The notes: generated by a model not told the origin, from the sequence alone. A stretch of DNA of 60,339 nt from Elusimicrobiota bacterium (GCA_016209085.1 JACQWV010000017.1:1-60339), one strand, 5' to 3'; shown: positions 21,188 to 31,447, numbered from the stretch's first letter. A program made the numbers and translations.

Positions 21188-22987
21188 ATGAAAATAATTT
21201 TTGCGAAAAAAAGTTCCCTGTTCATTTTTTTATGGTTTATACTGATGTTTTTTTACGGGGATATCATCAGCAGCCAGACCGGTTCGCGCGGGGGACCCCG
21301 CTTGAGCCGTTCCATGGAGCAGGCCATACAGCTTTATAATGAGGGGGAGGATAATGACGCCATGAACAGGTTCATGGATATCCTGGTAAAAGGCAGTCCT
21401 GCTGAAAAAGCCCTTGCAAACGAATATATCAATAAAATAACGCTCAGAATGAACACGGGTCTGATTCCGGTAAAAGACGCGGCTGATGCTGTTCCTATTC
21501 AGGCAGTCAAACAGGAAACAAGAAAATCCGGCGCCGATATCTATGAAGAGGCGGCAAAGCCGCAGTATGAGCCGGAAACCAGAGACAAAAAAGAACTGGC
21601 GGCGGAGAAAATTACGGCCGGCATTAAAGAAATCCGGAGAAATCTTCTTCTGGAACTGCAAAAATACAACGGGATAAAAATCTTCGTGCCGACCGGAGAG
21701 GATATGCCGAACGCGGTTTCCATTAATTCTGATTATATTTTCGCAATAGAGCCCGGAAAAGAGACCGTTTTCAGGACCGGAGCCGGAAAAATGCTTTCCG
21801 GCCTGAGCGGACTGATTTTCACTCTCGGGAATGCAAGCTGTCTGATAATTCCGGAAGGTTCCGTAGGAGGAGACATAAAAATAGCGGACATCAGGAGGGC
21901 CATAGCCCTCAGTTCGTATCTTACGGGCAGAGGCATCTCTAATGCAAGAATAGACGTTCATCTCATGGGTTCCGACTTGAGACTTCCCAAAGAATTGACG
22001 GTGGTCGGCGGAATCATACTGCTTTTTGACTATAAAAAGGAATTGAGGCTTACTCAAACCGAGGATACCCGCGCAAAAGGGCCTAAAGTGTCTCTGGGAG
22101 TATTTCCTACGGCGATATCCGTTTATAACAATGAAGGAGCAATCATTGAATTTTCGGTTTTTGAATCGCCGGATAAAGAGCCTCCGACCTGGAGATTCCA
22201 GATTTTTAATCTCCAGCCGGATAATACCCTGCTTCTCATTCAGGAAATCAACGGCAACGGGCATCAGTATCACCAGAGCTTCTGGAACGGAAGAAAAGAT
22301 TTTTTCGGGGCGGCTTATGAAAACGGGAAGTACCTGTTTTCCATTACCGCTTCGGATGTCAGAGGCAATGAATCTTCAATGAGAAAAATGCTTCTTCTGA
22401 AGTCCCAGTCCGGACAGGAAACAGAGACGTCTTCAAAAGAGAAGGCAGGCGCGCCGAAAAAGAAAGAAATCGGCAAGGTTCTTTCGGGGAAAACGGAAAA
22501 AGAAGCGTCCCCTGCGGAAAAAGGGACGAGAAAGTCCGTAAAACTTGCGCCGTCTAAATCCGGCGCGCTGAAAACAGCGAAAAAAACTCCGGTTTCCAAG
22601 CCGTCCGCTCCTGTTTCCTCAAAACCAGAGCCCACGCAGGATGAAACCGCTCCGGTTTCAGACGCGGACCAGACCGAGTTCAGCGGCCAGGTAATCTATA
22701 AAATATATTTCAGAGACGGTTCCAGCAGCATCACTCCGAACAGCGAGAGAAAACTTTCGCAAGTTGCCGACAATATGAATCTCTATCCCATGGCAAAGGT
22801 CAAGTTGACCGGATACGCGTACTCGGGAGAGCCGAATTCGGAAACGGTGGCGCAGAACAGGGCTAATTTCGTGGCCGGAGTTCTATCAAACAAGTACGGC
22901 ATAACAAAACAGAGGATTGAGATACATACCAGAATTTCGGAAACTCCGAAAAGCATAGTGGAAATTAAAATGCTGGGAAAAGAGTAA
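21188..22987 (+). CDS. Periplasmic protein with FlgD-Ig domain and C-terminal OmpA-like peptidoglycan-binding domain
   Basis: N-terminal TM/signal; WNGRKDFFG..GKYLF; Lys/Pro linker; IYF..LTGYA..AQNRANFVAGVL..GI...RI. Confidence 0.75.
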   Translation: MKIIFAKKSSLFIFLWFILMFFYGDIISSQTGSRGGPRLSRSMEQAIQLYNEGEDNDAMNRFMDILVKGSPAEKALANEYINKITLRMNTGLIPVKDAADAVPIQAVKQETRKSGADIYEEAAKPQYEPETRDKKELAAEKITAGIKEIRRNLLLELQKYNGIKIFVPTGEDMPNAVSINSDYIFAIEPGKETVFRTGAGKMLSGLSGLIFTLGNASCLIIPEGSVGGDIKIADIRRAIALSSYLTGRGISNARIDVHLMGSDLRLPKELTVVGGIILLFDYKKELRLTQTEDTRAKGPKVSLGVFPTAISVYNNEGAIIEFSVFESPDKEPPTWRFQIFNLQPDNTLLLIQEINGNGHQYHQSFWNGRKDFFGAAYENGKYLFSITASDVRGNESSMRKMLLLKSQSGQETETSSKEKAGAPKKKEIGKVLSGKTEKEASPAEKGTRKSVKLAPSKSGALKTAKKTPVSKPSAPVSSKPEPTQDETAPVSDADQTEFSGQVIYKIYFRDGSSSITPNSERKLSQVADNMNLYPMAKVKLTGYAYSGEPNSETVAQNRANFVAGVLSNKYGITKQRIEIHTRISETPKSIVEIKMLGKE

Positions 22988-23060
22988 ACGGCAGTAACCA
23001 GTGGCCAGTAACCAAGTAACCAGTAACGGCAACTGCAAACGGCAGTAACCGGTAACGAGT
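22985..23060. repeat. Degenerate CAGTAAC heptamer array (also 51155-51180, 57540-57600, 57726-57761)
   Basis: cagtaac cagtggc cagtaac caagtaac cagtaac. Confidence 0.8.
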
Positions 23061-24647
23061 ATGGAGATATTTAAAAAACAGAAAGGGACTGAAAATTTCC
23101 TCGGGGTGTACATAGGCCCCAAAGAAATCTGCTTTTCGCAGGTAAAAGTGACGGATTCCCTGAAAATAGAGGTGGAACACCTCGTCAGAGTCCCTACCGG
23201 GTTTGAGGTAAAAGAAAAAATTTTGAGACCGCTTGCTTTAAACAGCGTCTTTTTTAACGAAAAAGCGGCATGGGTGACGCCCCTGAAACAGGCTGTCAAG
23301 AAAATCGGCTGGAACACGAATAAAGCGATAATCACGCTTTCTTCGCAGTTCAGCATATTGAGATATTTTGTAATGCCGCACATTGACAGGCGCTTCTGGA
23401 GCAAATCAATCCCGCTTGAATCAAAAAAATACATTCCGGTGTCTTTTGAGGAAGTCATTTACGATTTCATAGTTTACCCTGTTTCCCCCGCTTTAGCGGG
23501 GCAGAAAGGAGGGGAATCCGGCAGGAAGCTGGGCGTTTTATTCGGTCTGACCCAGAGAAAAACGGTTGAATTCCTGACAAATCTTTTCAAAGAAATGAAT
23601 CTTGAAATATCCGCAATAGAAATAAACGCCTGTTCTTTTGAGAGGATTATCGGTTTCCTGAACGCAAAGAATCACGCGGGCAAAGGATATATCCATTTTT
23701 ACGGAAATGCAAATTACATGCTTTTTTCAAGCGAAGGATATCCGGTGTTGTTCAGGGAAACCGAACAGGACTCTTCGTCAACCATGTCTGAGCGAAGAAG
23801 GCTTGACATCAAAGGGTCGGTGCAGTTTATAGACAGGTACGTGGGCGGACGCTCATACAACCAGATTATCATCAGCGGAGACAATCTGGAAGTCTGGCAG
23901 CAACTGGCGGCCCAGGAATCCCAGATGGAAGTCTCCACATGGGACCCTGCCAAGCTTCTGAATTTAAAAACTCATGAACCATACCAGTTTTTCTCCATAG
24001 GAGCGGCTGCAAGGGGACGGATAAGGGATAATTTAATTCTTGATATCTCAGGCGCTACCAGGAGCAAAATTCTTGAAAAACAGGTTCAGTCTTACGTGTG
24101 GGGTTTTGCATTTCTTGTAAGCGGATTTCTTCTCTTCCTCACTCTTCTGGCGCAGACAAAACTGATTATGCTCAACAGCAGGATATCAAAGATTTCCAGG
24201 GCCGTGCCGAATATATCCGAATTCCAGGGGCAGAGCCCGGACGCTCTGAAAAGTAAAATAGAAAAAATGCAGTCCAACGTGCAGACCATATACAAACTGC
24301 TGTCCGACGTGGAATTTCTTGCGCCCAAACTGCAGGCCATTGCGGATGCCATACCGTCTGATTTTTGGCTTATAGGAATGTCTTACGCCAATCCGTTCTC
24401 CGCTTCAGACTTCGGCGCCGCAAAGGAACTTCGCCTGACAGGCGAGACATATCTCCAGGGGGACGTTAAACTGGCTGAAATCGGAAATTTCACAAAAGCC
24501 GTCAAGACGTCCAGGGAATTCAGGACTTTCGCGGAGAAGGGAAGCATTGAATATGATTTGATGGGCAAGGGAGTTCTTGACGAACTTGACCAGGAGGCTC
24601 AAAAAAGTTCGGGGTTTACTATAACCTGCAGTCTGAAGAAGAAGTAA
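23061..24647 (+). CDS. pilM: PilM-PilN fusion (GspL-like architecture)
   Basis: LGVYIG actin-like start, LESKKYIP..EEVIYDF, one TM, then PilN-like IPSDFWL..LRLTGE. Confidence 0.75.
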   Translation: MEIFKKQKGTENFLGVYIGPKEICFSQVKVTDSLKIEVEHLVRVPTGFEVKEKILRPLALNSVFFNEKAAWVTPLKQAVKKIGWNTNKAIITLSSQFSILRYFVMPHIDRRFWSKSIPLESKKYIPVSFEEVIYDFIVYPVSPALAGQKGGESGRKLGVLFGLTQRKTVEFLTNLFKEMNLEISAIEINACSFERIIGFLNAKNHAGKGYIHFYGNANYMLFSSEGYPVLFRETEQDSSSTMSERRRLDIKGSVQFIDRYVGGRSYNQIIISGDNLEVWQQLAAQESQMEVSTWDPAKLLNLKTHEPYQFFSIGAAARGRIRDNLILDISGATRSKILEKQVQSYVWGFAFLVSGFLLFLTLLAQTKLIMLNSRISKISRAVPNISEFQGQSPDALKSKIEKMQSNVQTIYKLLSDVEFLAPKLQAIADAIPSDFWLIGMSYANPFSASDFGAAKELRLTGETYLQGDVKLAEIGNFTKAVKTSREFRTFAEKGSIEYDLMGKGVLDELDQEAQKSSGFTITCSLKKK

Positions 24648-24692
24648 TAAAGAGAGATTATAAGGTGACAAGATGATAAGTAGTTGAAAATC

Positions 24693-25331
24693 ATGGAAGC
24701 CTTGTTTAATAAGATAAATGGTATATTAAAAGACGCGGTTGAAAATATCCGCATTATTTATTTTGAAAAAGGCGCGGGTCCCTTCAAAAAGCCTTTAATG
24801 TTCGCGGTTTCAGCCGTTCTTATCCTTTATTTGGCGCTTTATTCTCCGCTATCTTCAAAGGTCGCAAGAAAAAAATCCGAGGTTTACAATCTTGAAGCCA
24901 TAGCGGCGCATTATAATGATTACGAAAATGTCAGGACGAGGTTCATGGATTATCAAAAAAGGCTTCCCTCAATAAAAGACAAAGACGAATGGCTGAGCTA
25001 CATTCTCACTTCCCTGGCGCGCAAACACGGGATAGTCTTTGAAACTTTTTCCAGCCAGACTGAAGTCGAAATGGATAATCTGCTGATAGTCTCAAGAGAA
25101 GCAACCATGACGACTTCCTATTCCAAGTTAGGCAAATGGCTCAGTGAAATGGAAAATTCCAAGATTTTTATAAAAGTTACCGAGTTTAATCTTAAGAAAG
25201 ACGAGAATTTAATAGGAGCCGTAAAAGTCAGTCTTACTGTTTCCACCATATTCATGAAATACGCGGCTCAGGCCGGTTCCGCCGCCGGGGTTCCGGGTCC
25301 GGCAGACTCCGGCATGCCGGCTAATCCATAG
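24693..25331 (+). CDS. pilO: PilO/GspM-like protein
   Basis: TM plus coiled coil, RLP, SYSKLGKWLSEMENS..IKV; lies directly after PilMN. Confidence 0.75.
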   Translation: MEALFNKINGILKDAVENIRIIYFEKGAGPFKKPLMFAVSAVLILYLALYSPLSSKVARKKSEVYNLEAIAAHYNDYENVRTRFMDYQKRLPSIKDKDEWLSYILTSLARKHGIVFETFSSQTEVEMDNLLIVSREATMTTSYSKLGKWLSEMENSKIFIKVTEFNLKKDENLIGAVKVSLTVSTIFMKYAAQAGSAAGVPGPADSGMPANP

Positions 25332-25354
25332 TTAGCGGAATTGCGCGAAGCGAT

Positions 25355-26161
25355 ATGACGAAAAACCTGACAAGCATTATAGGATGGGCGATTTTGGCCG
25401 CCGTTCTGGCTGTCCCCGCATTTTTATTTTATAATTGGTGGTCAAAAGGCAGGTCGGAGAGGATGATTGATTCTGCGGCCGGCCAGATGCCTGTTGGCAG
25501 CGTATTTTCAAAGAACGAACAGCAGACGACCGCCGCCCCACTGTACGGCGGCGGGCCCGCCGTAGCAACAGATAAATTCGCGTCAGCGGACACGGCACAG
25601 CCGGTTACGCAGAATCCCGGCAAACCCAGTGGTTTGCGACCGACTGAAATAAAACAGAAAATATCAGGCGCGGTTTCAACAACTGCTGCGACAGGTTATT
25701 TGCAAACACAGTCAACGGCTGCGCCGTCCGATACGAGTCACAAGTCACAAGTCGCAGGTCACAAGTCAGAAGCAGACTCTGGCGGACAAGCTGCGTATTC
25801 TGCCGAAACATCTTCGGCTGCAAAATCCGGGCAGGACAGCCAAAATCTTGGTTCATATTTTTTTCCCAAAACCGAGAGGGACCCTACTCTTTCGCCCCAT
25901 GATTATGCGAAATTGAAAGAGGAAGAAGAAAGAAAGATAGAGCTGGAACGCCAAAGAAGACTCATGCAGATGAGGAAGAAAAAACAGGAGAGTCCTGTAA
26001 GCAGGTTGAGTCTTCAGGGAATCGTGGGCAGCGATGTGATTATCAACGGGGAAATGTACCGGTTAGGCGGCGCTGTGGGAGGCGCCAAAATAATTAAGAT
26101 AGGCGCAAACTATGTGGTTCTTGATTACAAGGGAAAATCTTTTAAATTGTTTTTGCAATAA
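25355..26161 (+). CDS. PilP/GspC-position bitopic protein
   Basis: N-terminal TM, low-complexity linker, RDP motif, LSLQGIV..VIINGE..G..VGGAKIIKIG. Confidence 0.6.
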   Translation: MTKNLTSIIGWAILAAVLAVPAFLFYNWWSKGRSERMIDSAAGQMPVGSVFSKNEQQTTAAPLYGGGPAVATDKFASADTAQPVTQNPGKPSGLRPTEIKQKISGAVSTTAATGYLQTQSTAAPSDTSHKSQVAGHKSEADSGGQAAYSAETSSAAKSGQDSQNLGSYFFPKTERDPTLSPHDYAKLKEEEERKIELERQRRLMQMRKKKQESPVSRLSLQGIVGSDVIINGEMYRLGGAVGGAKIIKIGANYVVLDYKGKSFKLFLQ

Positions 26162-26169
26162 ACTATAAT

Positions 26170-26220
26170 AGGCGAATAGGCGAAAAGGTGAAAAGGCGAA
26201 TAGGCGAAAAGGCGAGTAGG
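26170..26220. repeat. AGGCGAAW octamer array merging into the pilQ RBS
   Basis: aggcgaat aggcgaaa aggtgaaa aggcgaat aggcgaaa aggcgagt. Confidence 0.85.
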
Positions 26221-26227
26221 AGGCAAT

Positions 26228-27940
26228 ATGAAAAAATTAAGAATTCTGATTGTTTCAATATTTATGTTCCAGCAGGCCGTTGCTCCGGTTGTTTTTGCGC
26301 AGGCCGATAAACAATTTCAGGACGAACTTCAGGGACCTGTTGACGAAGGCGGCCCCATACTGGACGAGCCGGGCCAGGCAGCCGAGCCCGCCGCTCCGGA
26401 AATTCCCAAAGCCCAGCCTCCGGGCACTCCGATACAGTCGGTGCAGATAGGGGGACAGCAAAAAGAAGCCCCACTTTACGAAGAGGCAGAAACAGTTTCT
26501 CCGCTGGACAGAAAAATAGGCCCTATCAGACTCAAGGGAGCTCCTCTTTCCACTTTTCTGGACATAGTCTCTGCCCAGTCAAAAGTAAATTTCATTCTGA
26601 CAGAAGGCATAGAAGCAAAAACAATAACCGTATTCCTGCGAAAGACAACAGTAAGAGAAGCGCTTGAACTTCTTCTCAGAATCAAAGGGCTGACCTACCA
26701 GAGAATCGGCAAAAGCAACACCTATGTGGTGATGAAGAGATCAGCGGACCAGCCCAATCTGATTACCAAAATTTATACTTTGAATTACATCCCGCTGATT
26801 CAGATATCCTCGGTTAAAGAAGAACAAGCGGATATAGTTGCCGGGGATACGGGCAGTTCAATGGGTCCGCAGGGGGGAGGGGCTACAGGAGGAGTTATAG
26901 ATCTGCCTCCGGGAGTCGAGTCTCGGCAGGCGGAACCTGATGATGAGAAAGGCATAGCTCTGCTCAGGGTAATAAGGAGCGTCCAGTCGCGAAAATACGG
27001 GAAATTAGCCCTGGATACAAGGACCAACAGCGTAATAGTTACCGACATTCCCGAGGTCTTTCCGCAAATTGAACAGATCATAGCGGAGCTTGACAAAAAA
27101 GCTCCGCAAATACTGATAGAGGCCCAGATAGTTGAAATCAATACTGACAGGCTCAATGAACTCGGAATAGAATGGGGAGGCTCAAGAGGCGAGATGGCTT
27201 ATTTTGCAGGCCCCGCCCGTCTTACAGATTATGGCGTGAGACCAGGGTTTTTAAGCGGCAACGCATGGAAGTATTTTTATCCAGCGGCTGATAAATTTAT
27301 TCAGGGTCCCAGTGAAGACCAAGCCGGAGGAGAATTAGATCCGATTTTTTCCACAAAAATATCCGGCGAGAGAGGTCTGTATTACGGCATTTTCAGCCTG
27401 GCCCAGCTCCAGGCAATATTCAGGGCATTGATTTCAAAGGGAGAAGGCAGGTACTTAGGCAAACCCAAAGTGGTTGCAATGAATAATAAAACTTCTCTGA
27501 TACAAATTACAAGAGATGCCGCAATCGGAACCGGCAGCGTAGTAGCTTCGGCAGGCGGGAGCGCGGGCACGTCCTCGTCTTCTATTGAGAGAAAAAGAAT
27601 CGGGCTTAAACTCCGGGTTACTCCCCAGGTCAACAAAGAAGGATACGTTACCCTGATGGTCATTCCTTCATATTCCGACATTATTGCTTCGGCTATAAGC
27701 AGTCAGGGGCAGACGATAATGGACCCTGTGTCAAGAGGCGCTTCAACCATGGTGCGTGTCAAAAACGGACAGACAGTCGTGATAGGAGGCATGCTTTCGT
27801 CCACTGAAAGCAAGGCCGTTAAAAAAGTTCCTCTGCTGGGCTACATTCCGATAATAGGCTGGCTTTTCACGAGCGTGACCGCAAAGAGAACGAACACGGA
27901 CCTGGTTATTTTCATAACGCCCACAATTTTGGTAGACTAA
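26228..27940 (+). CDS. pilQ: Secretin (PilQ/GspD family)
   Basis: DTRTNSVIVTD, QILIEAQIVE, VKNGQTVVIGG, KVPLLGYIPIIGWLF, DLVIFITPTI. Confidence 0.92.
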   Translation: MKKLRILIVSIFMFQQAVAPVVFAQADKQFQDELQGPVDEGGPILDEPGQAAEPAAPEIPKAQPPGTPIQSVQIGGQQKEAPLYEEAETVSPLDRKIGPIRLKGAPLSTFLDIVSAQSKVNFILTEGIEAKTITVFLRKTTVREALELLLRIKGLTYQRIGKSNTYVVMKRSADQPNLITKIYTLNYIPLIQISSVKEEQADIVAGDTGSSMGPQGGGATGGVIDLPPGVESRQAEPDDEKGIALLRVIRSVQSRKYGKLALDTRTNSVIVTDIPEVFPQIEQIIAELDKKAPQILIEAQIVEINTDRLNELGIEWGGSRGEMAYFAGPARLTDYGVRPGFLSGNAWKYFYPAADKFIQGPSEDQAGGELDPIFSTKISGERGLYYGIFSLAQLQAIFRALISKGEGRYLGKPKVVAMNNKTSLIQITRDAAIGTGSVVASAGGSAGTSSSSIERKRIGLKLRVTPQVNKEGYVTLMVIPSYSDIIASAISSQGQTIMDPVSRGASTMVRVKNGQTVVIGGMLSSTESKAVKKVPLLGYIPIIGWLFTSVTAKRTNTDLVIFITPTILVD

Positions 27941-28007
27941 ATAAAGCAGGTTAAGGTTCAGATTGAGGTTAAGAACAGCAGATTAAGGTTGAGAACTACA
28001 AACAAAA

Positions 28008-28064
28008 TGTAGCAGGCGAATTACTATTTGCCATTTTTTGCGGCATAGTAATGCCGCCGCTACA
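28008..28064. repeat. GTAG-type REP doublet (REPIN-like)
   Basis: TGTAGCA-GGCGAAT-TACT-ATTTGCC ... GCGGCAT-AGTA-ATGCCGC-CGCTACA; loops are complementary. Confidence 0.75.
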
Positions 28065-28099
28065 AACTCTTAACCTTAATCTCAATCTGCTGTGTATTT

Positions 28100-29842
28100 A
28101 TGGCGAGAAAGAAATTAGGCGAAATTTTAATGCAGATGGGGGTTATTAATGAGGAACAGGTCAATAAAGCTCTAAAATTTCAGCAGCAGCAGGGGGGGCT
28201 TTTCGGAGAGGCGCTCCTGAAACTGCATTATGCGAGCGAAGAACAGGTTGATACCGCGCTTTCAAAACAATTAGGCATTCCGTACGCTTCCAGGGAAAAC
28301 CAGATTTTAAATCCTGAAAAAGGCCAGAACCTTGAAAAAATGCTGCCTGAAAAATTCGCCAGGGAGAATTTTGCCGTTCCGCTTTTCGTAGACGGAAATA
28401 TTCTGGCCGTTGCGGTTTCCGACCCGACAAACATGCTTTTGCTTGACAACATAAAACTTGTAAGCGGAATGGACATCCAGCCGTTCATTTCAACCAAAGC
28501 CCAGATTCTGAGAGTGATAGACGCGTTTTATTCGGGCCAGGGCGATTTGATAGACAAAGTAATGGAGAAAGGCGACGAGAAAAAGGACGAGGCTGACCTG
28601 GACGTAATCACGGCTGACGGAAAGCTTGATTTGGATAAAGTAATAATGGGCGAGTCAAAGGGAGCCCAGTCAATACGGCTCGTGAACGCCATATTGAAGC
28701 AGGCCATAACCGAAAGAGCGAGCGACATACACCTGGAAAAATTTGACGAAAAGGTTTCTCTCAGGTTCAGGATAGACGGCGTACTTCACGAAAGAAGCTC
28801 TCCGGTCGGAGCGATAGTTGATACGCTCATATCCAGATACAAGATCCTCTCCAAACTTGACGTAGCCGAGCGGCGTCTTCCTCAGGACGGAAGCTTCAGC
28901 ATAAAATATCAGAACAGAACCATTGAAGTCCGCGTCGCGATATGCCCCACGGTATTCGGCGAAAAGGTGGTTCTGCGTTTGCTTGACAAAGGAGCGGTTG
29001 AATTGAACGTTGACAAATTGGGATTTGAACCGAGACAAAAAGAAGATTTTCTGAAAGCCGCCGAGGCTCCGCACGGCCTGATTTTTCTTACGGGACCGAC
29101 CGGAAGCGGAAAAACCACTACGCTGAACGCGGTATTAAACACCATAAAGACGCCGGAAATGAATTTCATGACTCTTGAGGACCCGGTGGAAATAAAGCTT
29201 GAAGGAATAAGCCAGGTTCAGATGAAAGCCCAGATAGGCCTTACTTTCTCGGCAGGTTTGCGCTCCTTCCTGCGCATGGACCCGGACGTTATACTTGTGG
29301 GCGAGGTCAGGGACAATGAGACAGCGGAATCCTGCCTGAAAGCGGCTATGACGGGCCATCTGGTTCTCTCAACCCTGCATACGAACAGCGCTCTTGAGGC
29401 CATTCCAAGGCTCATTGACATGGATATAGAGCCGTATCTTCTTGCAAGCACTCTTCTGCTTGTGGCTGCGCAGAGATTAGTCAGGGTCCTGTGTCCGGAC
29501 TGTAAAACGCCTTACAGGCCGTCTCAGGATGAATTGGACCAGTTCGTCAAAGAATCCCGCATGAATCCCATGCCGGACCTTTCAAAGATAATGTTTTACA
29601 AGGCAAGGGGCTGTCCTAAATGCTCAGGAGCTGGATACAAGGGGAGAAAGGCGATTTACGAGGTTTATTTCATAACCGAAGAGATGAAGAAGATAATTTA
29701 CAAAGACTGCGACGTGATAAAACTCAGGGAAGTCGTATTGCAAAGCGGAGCGTGGGATTTGAGGGCGAGCGGCTGGAGAAAAGTTCTTGCAGGAGTTACT
29801 TCCGCAGACGACATGCTGTCAATCACCATCAAAGAACGTTAA
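28100..29842 (+). CDS. pilB: Pilus/T2SS assembly ATPase PilB/GspE
   Basis: MshEN-like KLGEIL N-terminus, GPTGSGKTTT, LEDPVE, DPDVILVGEVRD, TGHLVLSTLH, CxxC pairs. Confidence 0.95.
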   Translation: MARKKLGEILMQMGVINEEQVNKALKFQQQQGGLFGEALLKLHYASEEQVDTALSKQLGIPYASRENQILNPEKGQNLEKMLPEKFARENFAVPLFVDGNILAVAVSDPTNMLLLDNIKLVSGMDIQPFISTKAQILRVIDAFYSGQGDLIDKVMEKGDEKKDEADLDVITADGKLDLDKVIMGESKGAQSIRLVNAILKQAITERASDIHLEKFDEKVSLRFRIDGVLHERSSPVGAIVDTLISRYKILSKLDVAERRLPQDGSFSIKYQNRTIEVRVAICPTVFGEKVVLRLLDKGAVELNVDKLGFEPRQKEDFLKAAEAPHGLIFLTGPTGSGKTTTLNAVLNTIKTPEMNFMTLEDPVEIKLEGISQVQMKAQIGLTFSAGLRSFLRMDPDVILVGEVRDNETAESCLKAAMTGHLVLSTLHTNSALEAIPRLIDMDIEPYLLASTLLLVAAQRLVRVLCPDCKTPYRPSQDELDQFVKESRMNPMPDLSKIMFYKARGCPKCSGAGYKGRKAIYEVYFITEEMKKIIYKDCDVIKLREVVLQSGAWDLRASGWRKVLAGVTSADDMLSITIKER

Positions 29843-29851
29843 GACGCCCCC

Positions 29852-29880
29852 TTGATTTTCTGACATATTTCTATTAAACT
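29852..29880 (+). promoter_or_regulatory. Possible sigma70-type promoter upstream of pilC
   Basis: TTGATT-N17-TAAACT in the pilB-pilC gap. Confidence 0.35.
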
Positions 29881-29990
29881 TATTATATAGAGTTATTGAG
29901 AAATTAAGTGATTAGGTTTTTACTTCTTAACTTAATCACTGCTTGCTTAATCGTAAATCCTCACTGAACACCGTTATGTCAGGCAAAAAT

Positions 29991-30051
29991 GTAGGGGCTC
30001 AATTCATTGAGCCCGAAAAATATGCGGGTCGGATGAATCCGCCCCTGTTCC
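29991..30051. repeat. REP doublet
   Basis: GTAG-GGGCTCAAT-TC-ATTGAGCCC ... GGGTCGGAT-GA-ATCCGCCCC-TGTTCC. Confidence 0.75.
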
Positions 30052-30082
30052 ACGCTTAATCACTCTGTTGACTGGAGTTGTT

Positions 30083-31309
30083 ATGCCGAGATTCATTTAT
30101 ACTATTCAAGATGCGCAGGGGACCGTTACCACGGGCAATCTGGATGCGGAAGACGAGGACAGGGCTGTTGCGGCTCTTCAAAACAAAGGATTATTCATTC
30201 TCTCCATACAGTCCGAAACAGCGCAGACAAAAGGCCTGTTAAGCCTGCAGAGATTCAAAAGAGGGAGGATTTCCGGCAGGGAGCTTGTTTTTCTCGGAGA
30301 GCAGTTGTCAACGCTTCTCGGAGGCGGCGTTCCGCTTGTCAGGGCTCTCTCTCTTCTTTCCGAACACTCTGAAAACAAAAACCTGGGGAGCGTGCTCTCT
30401 ATGGTGACGAAAGAAGTGACGGCCGGGGGCGCTTTGAACAAAGCCCTTGAAAAACATCCGAAGGTTTTCAATGAAATATGGATTTCCCTGGTTCAGGCCG
30501 GAGAAGTGTCCGGACAGCTTCCTACAGTTCTGAGGCAGGTCACCTCTTACATGGAGGCGCAGGAGAACATAAAAGCCAAAATCATTACCGCCCTGGCCTA
30601 CCCCTCGGTTCTTGCGGTCATGTCCGTGGGGGTTCTGATGTATTTTATAATATACATAGTCCCGGTTTTTGCGCAGATATTCAAAGACTTCAACCTGAAG
30701 CTTCCGATACTTACCCAGATTATAGTTTCTATTTCAAACCTGGTGGCTGATTATTTTGTCATGCTTCTTGTCGTATTCATCGGTTCCATACTTGCGCTCA
30801 GGGCCTACATAGCTACCACTCCGGGCAGATTAGTCTGGAATCATTTTATCTTCGGCATTCCTTTTTTCGGAAAATTCATCCAGAACATACTTATAGAGAG
30901 ACTTTTGACGACCATGGCCACTCTCATAAGAAGCGGCGTGAGCATATTGAACGCGGTATCAGTGCTGGAAGGGGCTTTTAAAAAGAACCTTATTTTCCAG
31001 AACGCTTTGAAAAAGGCCAAAAACGACATAGCGAGCGGACGCTCCATATCGGAGTCGTTCAGAAAGACCCTGATTTTTCCGGGCATGGTCACTGAAATGA
31101 TGTGGATGGGGGAAGAATCCGGCAAACTGCCCGACATCATAGAAACGCTTTCAAAATTTTATCAGGAGCAGATAGACCAGTTCATAAGGCGCTTTTCGTC
31201 AATGATAGACCCGATACTCGTGGTCGGGATAGGCGGAATAGTGGGGGTCATAGTGATGTCAATATTCATGCCGATATTCCAGCTGTCCCAGATCGGCGGA
31301 GCAATGTAA
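30083..31309 (+). CDS. pilC: Platform protein PilC/GspF
   Basis: QLSTLLGGGVPL, AGEVSGQL, ALAYP, GEESGKL; GGAG RBS before ATG 30083. Confidence 0.95.
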   Translation: MPRFIYTIQDAQGTVTTGNLDAEDEDRAVAALQNKGLFILSIQSETAQTKGLLSLQRFKRGRISGRELVFLGEQLSTLLGGGVPLVRALSLLSEHSENKNLGSVLSMVTKEVTAGGALNKALEKHPKVFNEIWISLVQAGEVSGQLPTVLRQVTSYMEAQENIKAKIITALAYPSVLAVMSVGVLMYFIIYIVPVFAQIFKDFNLKLPILTQIIVSISNLVADYFVMLLVVFIGSILALRAYIATTPGRLVWNHFIFGIPFFGKFIQNILIERLLTTMATLIRSGVSILNAVSVLEGAFKKNLIFQNALKKAKNDIASGRSISESFRKTLIFPGMVTEMMWMGEESGKLPDIIETLSKFYQEQIDQFIRRFSSMIDPILVVGIGGIVGVIVMSIFMPIFQLSQIGGAM

Positions 31310-31330
31310 ATAAAATAGATACAGGATACA

Positions 31331-31426
31331 AGTGATTAGTGGCGAGCAGTTAACTACAATAGCGAGTGGCAAGTTGTTAGTGGTGAGTAAAAAAACTAAT
31401 CACTATTCACTAATCACTAACCACTG
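31331..31426. repeat. Inverted AGTGNNN heptamer arrays (also 45957-46032, 17711-17738)
   Basis: agtgatt agtggcg ... cactatt cactaat cactaac cact. Confidence 0.8.
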
Positions 31427-31447
31427 TTGTTAAGAGAGGGGTGAATT

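Noticed and set aside
21230-22273. 347-aa minus-strand ORF and the many other short antisense or alternative-frame ORFs
   Set aside because: They shadow well-supported genes and show no recognisable motifs.
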